From Lama glama (taxonomy: Eukaryota): a DNA stretch of 64,000 nt. Position 1 is the first letter of the stretch, and the number at the start of each line of letters is the position of its first letter. Below, piece after piece: positions 37,730-51,399 of the stretch. The stretch spans positions 69,814,001-69,878,000 of the forward strand of contig CM052817.1 of the NCBI GenBank assembly GCA_028534125.1, given 5' to 3'. Under the pieces are notes generated by a model. That model saw only the letters and a list, made by a program, of their open reading frames with translations. It was not told where the DNA came from and did not search any database. The translations under genes were made by a program, and so were the position numbers.

Positions 37730-38859
37730 CCATGACACTCTTTTAAATGAGTCTTTTCTTAACTACTTTAGGATGCATGTGAAAAGAGTGTTTGGCATAG
37801 TAAGCATGAATTTAGTTCTACCATCCACCCCCTTTACCTATCTCCTTTTTGACAAGAGCACCCCTTTTAAATTTGACTAGATGAAAGGCACCATGTTTCA
37901 CTGTGTAACTGAAAAAAATCTGTAAGCTAACAATATTATCAATATCATTAATATCATGCTATGAACAATTATAATTGCCCACAGACTTAAGTTATGGAGC
38001 CACTGTCTGCTCTTTAATTTGACTTGCTCTTGCTACCTAAGAAATAGAATGTTGTTCTGTTTTGTGAGCTACTTTAAGTTTCAACATCTCATAGCTTGAC
38101 ACTCTGGGCTTATTTCTATGTATGGATGTCTGTAGGTATGTGAAAAGCATTGGACCTTTGGGATCTGTCTCCTTGAGAAATCTCTCTGTTAGCCTGGTTC
38201 TTACTTTGTCAGGTATTCATCTAGGCTAAATTAACTCTTGACCTTACAAATAGGTGATTAAATAAAGATTAGCCTGTGAGATTATTGTTGGGTGTTTACA
38301 TTGCAGCCACTGTCACTGAGGACTGTGACAGGCATGGTTTGGGGATACTTGGAGGCCATGTTGTAGGCACCTTTAATATTAAGAGCCATGTGACCCCTTT
38401 GACTATCTGATTGAATATGAATATCCATTAATTTCTTCTAATACTACCTTAGTGTTCTAGAAATGTCTTAAATATGGGAAACCTCTGAAGAATTTAAAGT
38501 AAGAGAGCAAATTTTTAGAAAGACCAGTGTGGAAAATGAGGGACAGGAAGAGATTAATGTAATGCAAGGGAAACATGGTGGTGACTGAAGGTAGGGTCAG
38601 GTTAGTAGGGGTGGTAGGTAAAGTCAAGAGAGAGGTGATAGCTGGAGCGAGGTCCCAAGTGGACGGAGAAAGACATCCTCTGTGGGTGGGGTGGTCTCTT
38701 CAAAGGAATAAACGTGTCCCCCTGAGAATATTCTTGTAGTTTATCTGAAATGTAAACTAAGTTGCTTAACTCATATCATGAGCCTTACTGGAATGCAGCA
38801 TTTTTGACCAATTGAAGTTTATTTCATCTCTACATGGCATTTTAGATACACTTTTGTCC

Positions 38860-39400
38860 TTTAATTTTTATAGAAGCTTTATTGAGATGTAATTCACATA
38901 CCGTAAAATTCATCCTTTTAAAAGAGAAGAGTTCAGTGATTCTTAGTATCTTCACAGAGTTGTGCAACCATCAGCTCTATCTAATTTTAGAACATTTACA
39001 TCATCCCCCAAAGAAACCCCATACCCACTGATACTCCCCATTCTCCTCTGCCTCCAGCCCCTGGCAGCCACTCATCTACTTTCTGTCTATATGGATTTGC
39101 CTCTTCTGCACATTTCATATAAATGGAATCGTGAAATACATGGTCTTTTGTTGGCTTCTTTCATTCAGTATAATGTTGTCAAGGTTCATCCATGTTAAAG
39201 TGTCTCTCACTCTTTCTTTTTTATTACCAGATTGTATTTTATTATATGGACACACCACATGTTGCTCATCCATTCATCCGTTGATGGACATTTGGATTGT
39301 TCCCACTTTTTGGCAATTATGAGTAATACTGAGTGAACATTTGTGTACAAGTTTTTGTGTGGACTAGTGGTTTCATTTTTCTTGGGTGTGTACTCAGGGT
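38860..39400 (-). mobile_element. L1 (L1MB-like) 3' end
   Basis: gctttattgagatgtaattcacataccgtaaaattcatccttttaaa...ttgtgcaaccatca...tctatatggatttgcctcttctgcacatttcatataaatggaat. Confidence 0.85.
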
Positions 39401-39690
39401 GACATTCATTCTTGTCTCTTCAACAGTTGAGTATTTTTGGTGAAAATAGGATCTCAATTGGAAATCGATTTCTGGTTGCAGATGGGCATATATCCTGTAA
39501 TTGTTAGTTAAAAAGATATATATAGTTATAAAGTTATATATATATATACATATCAGTATCAGCTACCAGATCGTGCGCGTTTATACTCTGATCTCGTATG
39601 GTGGTTCTGTGCACTGTAAACCTCTGGAAAGTGGCATATATTTTACTTCCACTCACAAGTCAAATTTCAGCTACTTAAAAATCCATTGAA

Positions 39691-40035
39691 AGAGGAGAGG
39701 GAGAGATGAATAGGTGGAACACAGAGGATTTGGGAGGCAGTGAAACTAAACTACTCTGTATGATACTTTAATGTAGATACATGTCATTATATTGTGTCCA
39801 AACTCATAGCATGTACGCACCACCAAGAGTGAACCTTGCTGTGAACTGTGGACTCTGGGTGATTATGGTGTGTCCGTGGAGGTTTGTCGGTTATAATGAA
39901 TGTACTGCTCTGTGGGGGATGTTGATAATGAAGGAGGTGTGCATGTGAAGGGGCAAGGGAAATATGGGAAATCTCTGTACTTTTCCCTTAATTTCACTGT
40001 AAATGTAAAACTGCTCTTAAAAAAGTCTGTTAAAA
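39691..40035 (+). mobile_element. L1 (L1MC-like) 3' end
   Basis: gatgaataggtggaacacagaggattt...ggcagtgaaacta...tatgggaaatctctgtacttttcc...gtaaaactgctcttaaaaaagtctgttaaaa. Confidence 0.85.
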
Positions 40036-40229
40036 GTCCATTAAAATATTACAGCATGTAACATATGTATTTCAAAGGGACTCTTCCACCATTTTGTTGG
40101 AAGGCGACGAATTGTGCACTGCACAGCAGCCTGGGTTTCCATGACACCGAGTGTGCCTGTGTGTAGGCAGTCCTTCTGCCTGCTCTGTAGAGCCCTGGGT
40201 GACCTGGCCTCTGCCCTCTGGCCTCTGCT

Positions 40230-40565
40230 GCACTTCTCGGCTCCTGGGTCACGATGCTCTGTTGCCTTTTAGTTCTCTAAGCCTGCTCGGTTCATTCCTG
40301 CCTCCGGGCCTGTGAACCAGCTGCTTCTTTGGCCTGGAGTGCTCTTCTTCAATTTCCTATCACTCCCTGCCCCACCATTATTATTAAGTCTTAACTTAAA
40401 TAGCATCCCTAACTGTTTGCTCTGAATCAGCCTTGCCAGCCTCCCTCTGACTCTGATTGACCTTGCTTGTCTACTTGTTAGAATGTGAGCATCATGAGGG
40501 AAGGGAATCTGCCTGCTCCATTGCTCCACCTCTGAAAAGGTCTGTCGAATGTTAAGTAAACAAGT
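40230..40565 (+). mobile_element. L2 3' fragment
   Basis: ttcattcctgcctccgggcctgtgaaccagctg...tagaatgtgagcatcatgagggaagggaatctg. Confidence 0.65.
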
Positions 40566-41829
40566 GACACGTGCATGGCTGGGTTGCTTCTCTCCTCCTG
40601 AAATGCTGGTACCTGTTAGACCCAGTGTTTTCCTGGTGACTCTTCCAGAGGGGCAATATCACAGAGCTCATCTTTTCACCCTCACCCCCAGAAAACCAGC
40701 AAAGCATACCAACAGAGCATCATTCTTATTAACCTCTTACTTTCTCTGCCTTTTAGAGCCTTGTCCTCTGCCGCTGCCACTCTGCGCAGAAAGGATCTGC
40801 TCCAAGACTACAGGGACCAAGGTGGGATTTGCTGTGCTACCATCTGCAGACAGCAGGTTTGGTGCTTCCTGGTGCTAGATCATAAGTATAATTTGCATCT
40901 GCTGAAGGTTGGTTGCCTCCCAGTTGTCCTGCAATTTCTCTGCTCTCTTCCCTTTTCTAGTTAAGATATTTCAAAAGTGCCTTAACTCTGAGAATGTCTG
41001 TTTTATTCTAAGAAGAGTCTTACATTTCAAGCGGTTTCAGGTGAATGGGTGAGTGAATATTTCCTCACTCATGGGACTTTTGTCTTAAATGACAGCAAGA
41101 GAAATGTAAGTGACTCCAAAACATCCTAACCTCTTTGCATTACTGCCGAGACAGCACTCAGCAATGTGCATTAAGAAAAGTTACTGGCACTAAAAATCTT
41201 CAAAGAAACATCAGTCAGCTGTGCACCTGTTCAACAACATTACTAAAATGATTGCTAGAAAAGTTGGTGTGTTTCTCTAGTTACTAAAACCAAGGTAAAA
41301 GATGTGTGGCAGTTATACCCATTTTCTGCCCATGGAGAAGGAAGTTTTTGCTTTTATGATTGATATTGTGCAACTCAATTCATCGTCTAGGCTAATTCGA
41401 ATTTAATTCCAGGATAATTTTTTCTTGAAAATAAAACTAGCAGTTGCTTTTTTAACACAAAAGATTTTCTCTCTCCCGCTATGCACACCTTATGACTAGG
41501 GCTCTTATGGTAGCTGTTCTTTTTCATCATTTCTAATTAGTGTGGTGTTTGTCTAAAGAGACTTTAGCCCAAAGATGGACCCCAGGGCCATGTAATCCCA
41601 AGTTAATTAAAAATAACATTTTATAAATATTGAAGAATCATTGTTTAGCACAGCATTCTGTAAGCTTATTTGTTTGTCTTCCGTAAAATTCAAAATAATT
41701 GTAAGAATGTTGCTGGGATTAGAATGCCTATATTGGGCTAATACTAGGAATGACAGCTATTTCTGAGTATTTGATGCCTGTGATATCCCCTCTTTGTCTG
41801 GTAATATCTGTCCTGCTGGGTGAAAAAAA

Positions 41830-41950
41830 GAATTCATTTATTCAACAAATACTTACTGAACGATTTCTGTGTGCCAGGCAGTCTTTTCAGTGTGCCTGAA
41901 TGAAATGAGGCAGTGAACAAAGCAAATTCCCTGCTTTCATGGAGCTTTTA
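41830..41950 (-). mobile_element. L2 3' end
   Basis: attcattttattcaacaaatacttactgaacgatttctgtgtgccaggca...ccctgctttcatggagctt. Confidence 0.75.
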
Positions 41951-42329
41951 AAAAGCTTCCAAATATCCTCAGCAAACGAATGGGAGAAGGGAGGTGCAGA
42001 GAAGTTGACTCACTCTCAGGTGTCCTGGAAAACCCCCTTCAAGATGGCAGACAGACACAAGATGAAAATGGGAGAGTTGGAATCTGATTCGGAAAATGAG
42101 AGCAATCTTAATGCTCTAGTTTAATCACTGGAAAAATGTGGAAGCTTATTAAAACAATAAACAAAAAACAGGTGCCGGGGTGATCTGATCTAGGCTGAAA
42201 GAAGGATTGCTCTTCAAGTATACCATTTAAATTCATTTTATTCAGGTTCACAGCTTCTGCCCAAATTCAGCCTCCATCATCCCCTCCTAGCCTCAGTTGT
42301 CAGTGTCTAATGCAGCTTTCCAGAGTTCC

Positions 42330-42820
42330 TCTGTGCACAAATCTGAATTCATATTTGCTCCTTTCATAAAATAAAGGATACCAAACTATACTTTTGAGCA
42401 TTGTATATTTATCTTCTAATAAATGGAGGAGGGTTTAATAAATCAGTACTAAGAGAGTGTCCTCATTCTTCTTTTTTTTCACCCCCTCAACAGTCACAGA
42501 GTAGTCCATTGTATGGATGTACCACAATTTAAATAGTGACCTATTGATGGACATTTGGGTTGTAGCCAATCCTTGCTCTTAAACAATGCCACAGTAAATA
42601 ACTTTGTACATGTGCACAATTATATGTGTATAAATTTGCAAAGTAGAATTGCAGGGCATATAGTATATGTATAATTTTGATAGCTGTCTTGTCAAATTGT
42701 CTCCCGGAGGGGGTTTACCTTATTCTCACCCCTGCTGGAAACTTGTGAGAGAAGTTGTTACCTGGGTATGGAGTTTTTCCCAGTCTGGTAAATTAAATGA
42801 TGTCTCGGAGTTTCAATTTA
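42330..42820 (-). mobile_element. Old L1 (L1ME-like) fragment
   Basis: gtagtccattgtatggatgtaccacaattt...ctattgatggacatttgggttgt...aaagtagaattgcaggg. Confidence 0.65.
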
Positions 42821-43089
42821 GGAATCCTATTCATTCAGAATTCTCAGTAGTATTTTTTTTAAAAGAAAGTGTTCAGAAAAGTAAACAAAACCAGAATTCA
42901 GCTCTTTTTATTGTACAAAAGGACACTAAAGGCCTTAGATCTTCTCTTATGTAAGTTAAGATAACATTTGTCCACATTAAAAATGCTACATTTTAAATAC
43001 TGAAAACATAGAGGGTTTACCCTGTGCTTCTTAGGCTCGCGATGTACCTAGGTGACCTGCTGAGAGTAAGACCTCTCTCCTGTAATTTG

Positions 43090-43635
43090 GTCCTGTATGA
43101 TAGCTCATTGAAATAGGACAGCGTACAAAAGCAAGTTAACACAGCAGACCTGGAACTGCTCTCCTTAGAAATGCCTGCCTGGTAACTTAGATTTGAGGAG
43201 AGTTCCCACTATTTCCTGGTAAGAATGGCTCGCTGTGCCTGAACTGTTGTGCAAACAATATGTTTTCTTTTGAATACCTGCTTACATTCTGGGAGTATAG
43301 CATTTGGGTACGTGGCCAGCAGAAGGTTCCTGTGTGACCAACTCCAATAACAATCCCAGACACTGAGTCACTAATAGGCTTCCCTGGTAGACGATATTTC
43401 ACAGGTACTGTCACAACTGGTTGGGGAAATTAAGCACAACCTATGTGATTCCACCGGGAAGGGACCCTTGGAAGTTTGCTCCTGGCCTCCTCTGGACTTC
43501 ACCCTGTGTGCCTTTTTCCTTTGCTGATTTTGCCTTGTATCCTTCTGCTGTAACAAACAGCTGTGCGTACAACTATACACTGGGTCCTGTGAGTCCTAAT
43601 GAACCATCACACTGGGAGTGGTCTTGGGGACCCCA
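43090..43635 (+). mobile_element. ERV solo LTR (MER21-like)
   Basis: gacactgagtcactaataggcttccctggtagac...ggggaaattaagcac...gggaagggacccttggaagtttgctcctgg...ctggacttcaccctgtgtgcc...gggtcctgtgagtcct...gtggtcttggggacccc. Confidence 0.8.
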
Positions 43636-44240
43636 CCTAGTCAGCTTTGCAAAGACTTTAATATCCTTTCTGTCTGCAGGGTTAGTGGTGAGTGACACAG
43701 ACACTTAGCATGCAGTTAACTGACCTTTGGCATTATATCTTGACTTACAGCCTGTGTTCTGTTGTAACCTGTTTAATGCTTCAGATTTCTAACAGTGATT
43801 TAGCATGTACATCTAACAAATGGAGGCAACAAGAAGGCTGCTGGGTACTGGAGAGTTTTATGTTTAGTGGTGAATCTACAAATTCGGTCTTCCCCATGTC
43901 TGTACTTAGGCTTAAAAGCTTCTTGCTTTAATTTTCTATAATTTGATTATTAGGTAAATGGATTTACACAAATCCCCTTGGATTCATAGCCACAGAATTT
44001 TAGTTAGACAGTCTGATTTCTAAGTATGCTCTGATTCTGAAGCTTAACTGCAAATCAGTAGTCCTGGAAACTTCACTTAGGATGGCAGATCTTTGTCCAA
44101 ATAGGATATAAGGCCCAAAGATTGAAATAAAGCTTATTTTTGTATAGTTGTGTTATATTAGCATCCCATTTTAAATTTTTAAATATTAAAATGGAAAACT
44201 GATAAAAGTGTTAAAGATTTATTTCTTTAAGCTACTTTTT

Positions 44241-44391
44241 GTTTTGCTTTTGATGGGTTTTTTTGGTGGGGGTAGGTAATTAGGTTTGTTTGTTTGTTTG
44301 TTTATTATTTTTTAAATGTAGGTACTGGGGATTGACTCCAGAACCTCATGCATGCTAAGCATGTGCTCTACCACTGAGCTATACCCTCCCG
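44241..44391 (-). mobile_element. Vic-1-type SINE
   Basis: ggtaattaggtttgtttg...ggtactggggattgactccagaacctcatgcatgctaagcatgtgctctaccactgagctataccctccc; TSD tc(t/c)ttaagc(ta/cg)cttttt. Confidence 0.92.
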
Positions 44392-45699
44392 CTCCTTAAG
44401 CCGCTTTTTCGAAAAGATGTTAGGTGGCTTCCGAAGAGAAGTCTTCATATGGCTTAAAAATATTAAGTGTAGGACAGAGTGATGGTTCTTAATGCTTCTT
44501 GCTGATCAGAAAAATGGTAGATCCATAAAATATTAGGGAACTGGTAATAACTGGTGAAGAATGTACGTGAATTTTATTTTTATTCTTGATTTTTGGCTTC
44601 TAGCGTGACCTAGGCATGTGAGCTAACTTATGTTTAAAAACAAAGCTCAGTGAGGTGGACCTTAGGCTGACAGTGACATTTCTTTATATTCATGGTGGTA
44701 TTCGAGGCTGAACCCCTTCAATTATGAAGCTACTTGTATTGTGGTATCAATTTCTTTCAGGTAAAAATGTGTAAAAGTATAAAACATGTAAAAGTGTAAT
44801 AGTTGTTCTGGCCTGGAATGTAGCTCACCAAATGAGTCAACCCTCTGGTAGCCTGGGAGAAAAATTCTTTTTTGACTGTAAGGCCAGAATTACTGACCCA
44901 GGGCTGTTTAGGAATATATTATATTAACTATGACTTCATGAGGGAACTAATTCTTATGGGGATGGCAAGTAACTTCCATGACAGCATATAATTCCCATTC
45001 ACTTTTATATGTAAGAACCCAGTAATTGCTTTTCTCAGAACTCAGAAGAAAAAATAACATAGCCTGTATTTCAGCTACAAAGGATCTGTTGATTCTGCGC
45101 ATAGCATAGTGCCTTTTGAACTCCCCAACTTGAAAAGAATTGAAGGAGCCTCTACTCCCAGGGACCTGGGGAAGAGCAGTATCGAGGTTAAGGGTGAAAT
45201 CAACAGTCTAGTTAGTGCCCAGAGGCGTTTGCACTGATAAATGTCTGTCCTGCTTCTGACTGTACTAGTGCCTGAGTCACCTTCCTCCTGCCAACCCCAA
45301 ACGTGTTACTAGGCGACAGGAGTGATTAGATTCTCCAAATATCTCACCACAGTGAAATGACCATCTGCAAGATTTCCAGGAAATGTCCCTCTTGTAAGTC
45401 ACTGGGGAGCTGGGCAAACATTCACACAGGCACTGAAGGCATCAGATGACCCAGAGCTAGTAGCTGTGTGTTAGAAGGTGGGGTCAGCTAATATTTGAAA
45501 GAAAGTCACCTCACAGGGCAAACACAGACTGTTATCTGCATGGTAACTGTGAGAAGGAAGCGTGGAGGAGGGAAAGGTGAAATATCTCTCCAGAAGGACT
45601 CATGGGGAAGGAAATCTGCTCTTAGGAAAAACAAAAACAAAAGCAAAAAACCCTAGCACACTCCAAACTGTAAAAATAGACCAAGATCTCAGAAAATCA

Positions 45700-45905
45700 C
45701 ATTAGCAGAGTGGCTGAGATTACTTGGGTTCAAATCCCACCTCTGACCACTTGCTGGATTTCTAGCAATGAAAGTGTCTCACTTCCTCAGGCCTCACATG
45801 GAGGTGATAATGGTACCTACCCCTTAACGTGGTTGTGCATATTAACCTGTTAATGTTGGGGAGGCACAAGTGTCTGGTACCATAAGCTCTGGGAAGTGTA
45901 ATTAT
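45700..45905 (+). mobile_element. MIR SINE
   Basis: cttgggttcaaatcccacctctgaccacttgctgg...gataatggtacctacccc. Confidence 0.7.
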
Positions 45906-46799
45906 GTTCTTCACCCTCCAGGCAACTACCTAAGTAAGAGATGGGGGCAAAATTGTGTAGAAACGAAGAAAAACCCAAAGATAGGTGAGAACTTTTCAGG
46001 GATTTATCTATTCTTTTATCACTTTGAGAACTGGAACTATTGAAATTATAGTTACAGTATCACTTAAAGAAACCTTTCCAAGGGTTTTCAGCAATACATA
46101 CTTTAAAAATTATTTATATATTGAAAAACTACATCAGGATTATGCAGGGAGAGCAGGGTATAACCATGGAGATTGCTTGGGGGCTTCCAAGTTACCTGTA
46201 ACATTCTGAAGCTATAAAGGGTTTTTGCTTTACTATTTTTTATAGCTTATGTTATATCCTGCCTTTTATATGTGATATGTTACGATTAAAAATGCAATCA
46301 CACAAAGTAAACCACTGTAAGTTGGGTGAAATTTTGGGGTTTCTGTATCCCATATGGAAATTATAATTATGTAGGCACGTTATTGACTCCTTTAGAAAAA
46401 GAAAGATGCCTGCAGTACTTTGGAGAAGGGTGAGATAGAGCAGGTGTCTTTGAGTGTGTGAGCTGACACATTTATTCACAGACACTCTAGTGCTTCTGAA
46501 TGCTGGGCATTTGGCTCGTGGCCAGCGACACTGACACAAATCAGACATGGATGGTCCTTGCACCTCCTGCCCCAGCAGAGGAGATAGCCTTGGGCAGGCT
46601 ACAAACTACAGACCCATATAAGAGACTAAAGAAATGGATGGAGCATAAGTAAGGGGAGAAAGCCATGGCATTAAATCCCAATCTGATCCTTTAGGAGTTC
46701 TCACTTCCTTTGAATTTAGTTTTTGAAAGAAAGCGGAAGTTAGCAAACTGGGTTGAGATGTTGTTGTGCATCGGGCTAGGGTCACAGCAGTGCCTGGGT

Positions 46800-46945
46800 G
46801 ATATTATATGTTACAAGTGTACAATATAGTGATTCATAGTTTTTAAAGGTTTACTCTATTTATAGTCATTGTAAAATATTGGCTACACTCTCTCTGTTGT
46901 ACAGTATATCCTTGTACCTTATTTTCTGCCCAATAGTTTGTGCCT
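46800..46945 (-). mobile_element. L1 3'UTR fragment
   Basis: gtgtacaatatagtgattcatagtttttaaagg...aaaatattggcta...tgttgtacagtatatccttgta; same family as 18714-19494. Confidence 0.75.
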
Positions 46946-47205
46946 CCCATTAATTTAGATTCTCAATCTTTCATCAGGAATATATTATCTGATAGAAAAC
47001 TGTATTAACCATTGTTCATAAAAGCTTACTGAACAAACATAACTTATTTTCAAAAACAGAAGAAGCCATAAATAATGCCTCAAATGATTCACATAAACTT
47101 TGATGGAGTTCACTTACTTTGTTTATTTGTTCTAAAAATGTTTGTGGTAGGAATTTGTTAACTAAATTCTAAGACATGATCAGCTGCATTTCCAAAGTTA
47201 TTTGG

Positions 47206-47207
<2 letters not shown>

Positions 47208-47237
<30 letters not shown>
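47208..47237. repeat. (GT)15 microsatellite
   Basis: Perfect GT dinucleotide run. Confidence 0.95.
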
Positions 47238-47240
<3 letters not shown>

Positions 47241-48751
47241 ATGTCTGAAGGTAAAACTGAAATAGTCTGCTGCCCAGGAAAAAACTCCAGTCTAGGATTG
47301 CCAGTCTATTACCAGAGAAATCTAGTCCAATTTGATGCTGTAAATTGTCTGCCTTTAAACATGAATCCTAGAAGAGTAGATAGTTTAACTCTTTAAATCA
47401 AGATACCCAATTACAGGTTACTTGGGGTATTTTTACTTTTTAATTTTAAATACCTTCGAAAAAGCCTTTTTAAACATAGTTAATACTAATTTGTATTATA
47501 TTATTACCTAATTTTGAATCTTCACTCACATAATGGTTAGTTGGTATAATGAAGCATAATCCTGATTTGTTTATATCCTTTGGTGTTGGCACCTGAGCTC
47601 ACTTAATAACTTTCTTAACCATCTCTTGTTATATGGGATATGACCTTCACTTCAACCTTATAAAAGTATTTTCTTCAGTTTTAATATCTTATTTCTTCTC
47701 TAATTAACCTGAGATCAGAAGCTCTTTGTTAAGATCTTATTTAATTGGCCTCCATCATGGTAGGAAAGGGGATTCTGCATCAGGCCCCCAAAAATAGTCT
47801 TCTCACTCCATTCAGGTGCCTAAATAGTGTATGGAACCTAATGGATGATTCTTCCTTGGATTTATTTCCGTCTTCATGTGGCCTGTTCTCACAATCTGAT
47901 GTCTAACCACGAGAAATAAAGACAGAAGACAGGCCATTTTTAATTGTAACATGCCAATGGCCAGTCACTTAACATAGTTCCTTATTTGAGAATGTGGGAG
48001 AGGTAAGGCTGAAGAAACTGCAGACCACGAGGATTGCTTTAATTCCCATCAAGTGGTAGAGTCTGGTTTAGAACCCCGATCTTAGGATTCTAAAACGTTA
48101 CCTTGCAGGTTTGACTTGTATTTAATTTGCTTCTGATATTTGCAAGGGCATGTCGTCGGGGCCATGATGTCGAGTAAACTTTTGTTCATTGTTCATTTTG
48201 TGAACATTGTTTTAATAAACTTCCATGGACCTGTTAACCCATAAATTACCCACATCAAGCTAAATTAAAACACACACAAAAAAACTGTGAAATCTTTGAG
48301 GGAGTCGATTTCTCACCCGCAGGGCCCGCCTCATGGTGCTGCTCTGAGCACCAAGAGGAAGCACCTAGAGCCTCTGCTGGCTGGTACCCTCTCTATCAGT
48401 ACATTATTTCACCCTGCTGCTTTTCTTTCTGTGAGGATGGGATTTTCGTTTGCCTTCTTTAACTGTCTTTGGTGAAATCACTAATATTTCTTTTTATATA
48501 ATGATTTTTTTATACGTCTGGGAAATCTGAAAAATAATGAGGTTGTATTAAATGAGAACTGAAACCCAAAGTTGCTAAATTACCTACCCAGGATTAGTCA
48601 CAGCTGGTTTGTGGCCAAATGGAGATAAAGATTCTGGTTTCTTAACTTCTGATCCAGGGCCTTGCCATGACACTAGTAGCTTTTAAACTTTCTTAGCCAT
48701 TGAACCCATATTTCAGATGAGATTTTGGGTAACCCCTCCAAAAGAGACATC

Positions 48752-48847
48752 TTTGGTTTGTTTGTTTTTAATGGAGGTACTGGGGATTGAACCAAGGACC
48801 TTGTGCTTGCTAAGCATGTGCTCTATCACTGAGCTATACCTCCTCCT
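48752..48847 (-). mobile_element. Vic-1-type SINE (short form)
   Basis: tggaggtactggggattgaaccaaggaccttgtgcttgctaagcatgtgctctatcactgagctatacc; TSD ccc(c/t)tccaaaa(g/t)aga. Confidence 0.9.
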
Positions 48848-49334
48848 CCCTTCCAAAATAGAAAGAAAAGCAGAACTTCTCTAGTTGAAGCAAGAAGGGG
48901 GCTGGAGTCGTGTCCGCAAGGTCTCATTGAGACACTGCACTTCTTTCTTCTCAGCATGATTCACAACACAGATCAAGGGTGTGGCCCCTCTCTCATCCCC
49001 CAACGTCCTTAGCACAATAGACTAAATCTGATCTAAGCCTACTTTGCTGGAGCTTTTCTGTCCCCTGTATCTAAAAGTGAATACACATGGAAAAGTTGAC
49101 CCAGTCCAGGAGTCACAGCTGTAAAGGAAATGTCAGGTCTTCCCTGTTGACTCTGAAACATTTTTACTGTGTGTCAAGAGGAAGCAACAGAAGAGATCTG
49201 GCTATGAGAGTTTGCTGATCTGCAGCGCTGGTTCTTCTGATTTAGCAGGAGCATGCTATCTTGTTTCTTTTTCTTCGCTGTAAGAATTCAACATGAAGCT
49301 GTGTGCTAGTTTGTAGATTTTCCCCCGAAGAATG

Positions 49335-49555
49335 GTAGAATGACATACTGAATCAGAGCCACCAAAGTATCAAACGCTGGCTCCACCATTTACTAGCTGG
49401 TGACCTTGGGCAATTTTACTTAACCTCTCTGTGCTCATCTCTGAAATGTGGGTAATAATCATGTCTACCTCATAGAGTAGTGTTGAAGATTTAATAAGAC
49501 AAATAAAGCATTTAGAACAGTGGCAATAGTAAATACTATATGAGTGTTAACTTAT
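49335..49555 (+). mobile_element. MIR SINE
   Basis: ctggctccaccatttactagctggtgaccttgggcaattttacttaacctctctgtgctc...tacctcatagagtagtgttgaagattt. Confidence 0.85.
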
Positions 49556-50589
49556 TCTTAAGTCTAGGCTGTACACATTTAAATCATTAATAGGATGCAG
49601 ATTCAAAAAACTTTAAACACTTGAATATTCTAATCTAGTGTTGATAACTAAAAATGTATATTTTTTTTCTTGTTAGACTATAGCACAATAATGGTAGATC
49701 CCAATTAACTTTGTACGATCATGTGTTGATAAAATTGTTTAAAGTATACATTTGTAAATACTTTTCAAAAAAAAAGCTTTTCTAAAGTAACTACAAAGCT
49801 CAAAATACAATAATCAATTGGCTTCACAACATAAATTAGATTTGTTAAGGCCCCAGAGAAATGTTCTTTTCTACCTAGTTATTATGAATGGTCTTACTTT
49901 TGTAGATGAGGAAAGCTATACACAGTGGCCAACCAGTATTTCCTAGGAAACTTTCTGACAGTTGATCTTTAAACATAGGTTTCTGATTGCACTTTGGTGA
50001 AAATCTCTGCAAAGAAATTCTGTCTATTTAGCTGGTTATTTATTGACACACAGTAATGCCCTTGATGAGTGAGTGCGATTTTGTTTTTAAGAGTTGGTGC
50101 CACTCTCAGAAGAAAATGAAGAAATTATCTGCTCTAGTAACAGTAGGATTCCAAAACTGGCTTTAGAGTTAGGGTCTTCTTTTGCCCACTAGCTCTTTTG
50201 TCCCTGTCGCTACCACACCCAGATACTTGCCAAATATCTAATTCATATTTGAAAGCCTCATGATTATTAATTTATAGTATTTAAATGAGTCTGTGGGTTT
50301 TCTTACTATTGAAATCTCTGCACTAGTCTGATTTGCACCTATAGAACACCATTTTTATAAGAGATCTGTATAATAATTGTGCATGAATATATAGTCAAAA
50401 AGCAAAGACTGGTGACCATACCATGAAAATGTAGGACACCAGGCACCCCAGAGGGGAAGGGTGGTTTTTAACAAGTTGGAAGTTATAAATTGGCATTTGT
50501 TTTTCAATGGGGATTTGGGGAAAGAGGACTCTAGGTTTTGTTACCTCCCCAGGCAGTGGGTGCTGTGTTTGACAATTTGTTTCTGGGTC

Positions 50590-50870
50590 CAGGAGTTGTA
50601 GCAGGAAAGGTTTCTTGGAGAAAGTGACATCTAAGCTGGGACCTGAGCAGAAGAGGCAGGCATGTAAGCAAGAAGGCGGGGGCGAGAGGAGGTTTGGGCT
50701 GCTGAAAAACTCTGAAAAGGCCTGATAAGAGCGGAAAATGCATGTGATGGGGACAGAAGTTAAGTAACTATGCCTAGAAGCACAGGATGAAGGGAAAGGG
50801 AAAAAAAATGAGTCTCCAGTTGAGCCCGGAAGGAAGCCGAGGCCAGATTTCAAAGGTCTTTGTAAGCAGT
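50590..50870 (-). mobile_element. L2 fragment
   Basis: ggaaaggtttcttggagaaagtgacatctaagctgggacctga...ggccagatttcaaaggtctttgtaagc. Confidence 0.6.
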
Positions 50871-50929
50871 GTCACCTGTCAGAAGGACACACCATCTGGA
50901 GGAAAAACTAAGGTAATTGGGAAAAGGTG

Positions 50930-51200
50930 ATCTGACTGGATATTCGTTACTAAGGAAATAATGTTAATTTTGTTTAGCTGTAATGACATTAGTGTTTTTT
51001 ATTTTTTTTTAAAGAGTGCCTTGAAGAGGCATACTGAAATATTTACAAGTTTACAAATAAGATGTTTGGGATTGTTTCAGAAAGACTCAGGGTAGAAGAC
51101 AGATAAAGTAGATTTCCCATGATGATCATTGTAGCTGATGAGATTTGCTGTGCTATTCTCTGTACTTTCAATATAACATTTGAAATTTTCTGTTATAAGT
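50930..51200 (+). mobile_element. Old L1 (L1ME-like) 3' end
   Basis: gactggatatt...catactgaaatatttaca...gatgtttgggattgtttca...ttctctgtactttc...tttgaaattttctgttataa. Confidence 0.6.
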
Positions 51201-51287
51201 TGTTTTTTTTTTTTTTGTAAGTCAAAGTAACCAATGGACTTATGGCCACAGAGAGCCATTTAGGGGCTTTAGAAGAAGCAGCCAGTA

Positions 51288-51399
51288 AAAAACAAGTTTC
51301 TTCTGTATAGCACAGGGAACTACATTCAATATCTTGTAATAACCTTTAATGAAAAAGAATATGAAAACAAATATATGTATGTATATGCATGACTGGGAC
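51288..51399 (+). mobile_element. 112-bp camelid-type L1 3'UTR fragment with TSD and no poly(A)
   Basis: aacaagtttcttctgtatagcacagggaactacattcaatatcttgtaataacctttaatgaaaaagaatatg...gcatgactgggac; TSD AAG(C/A)AGCCAGTA at 51276-51287 and 51400-51411. Confidence 0.85.

Noticed and set aside
50395..50853. 152-aa minus-strand ORF
   Set aside because: Largely overlaps a decayed L2 fragment; no recognisable protein features.
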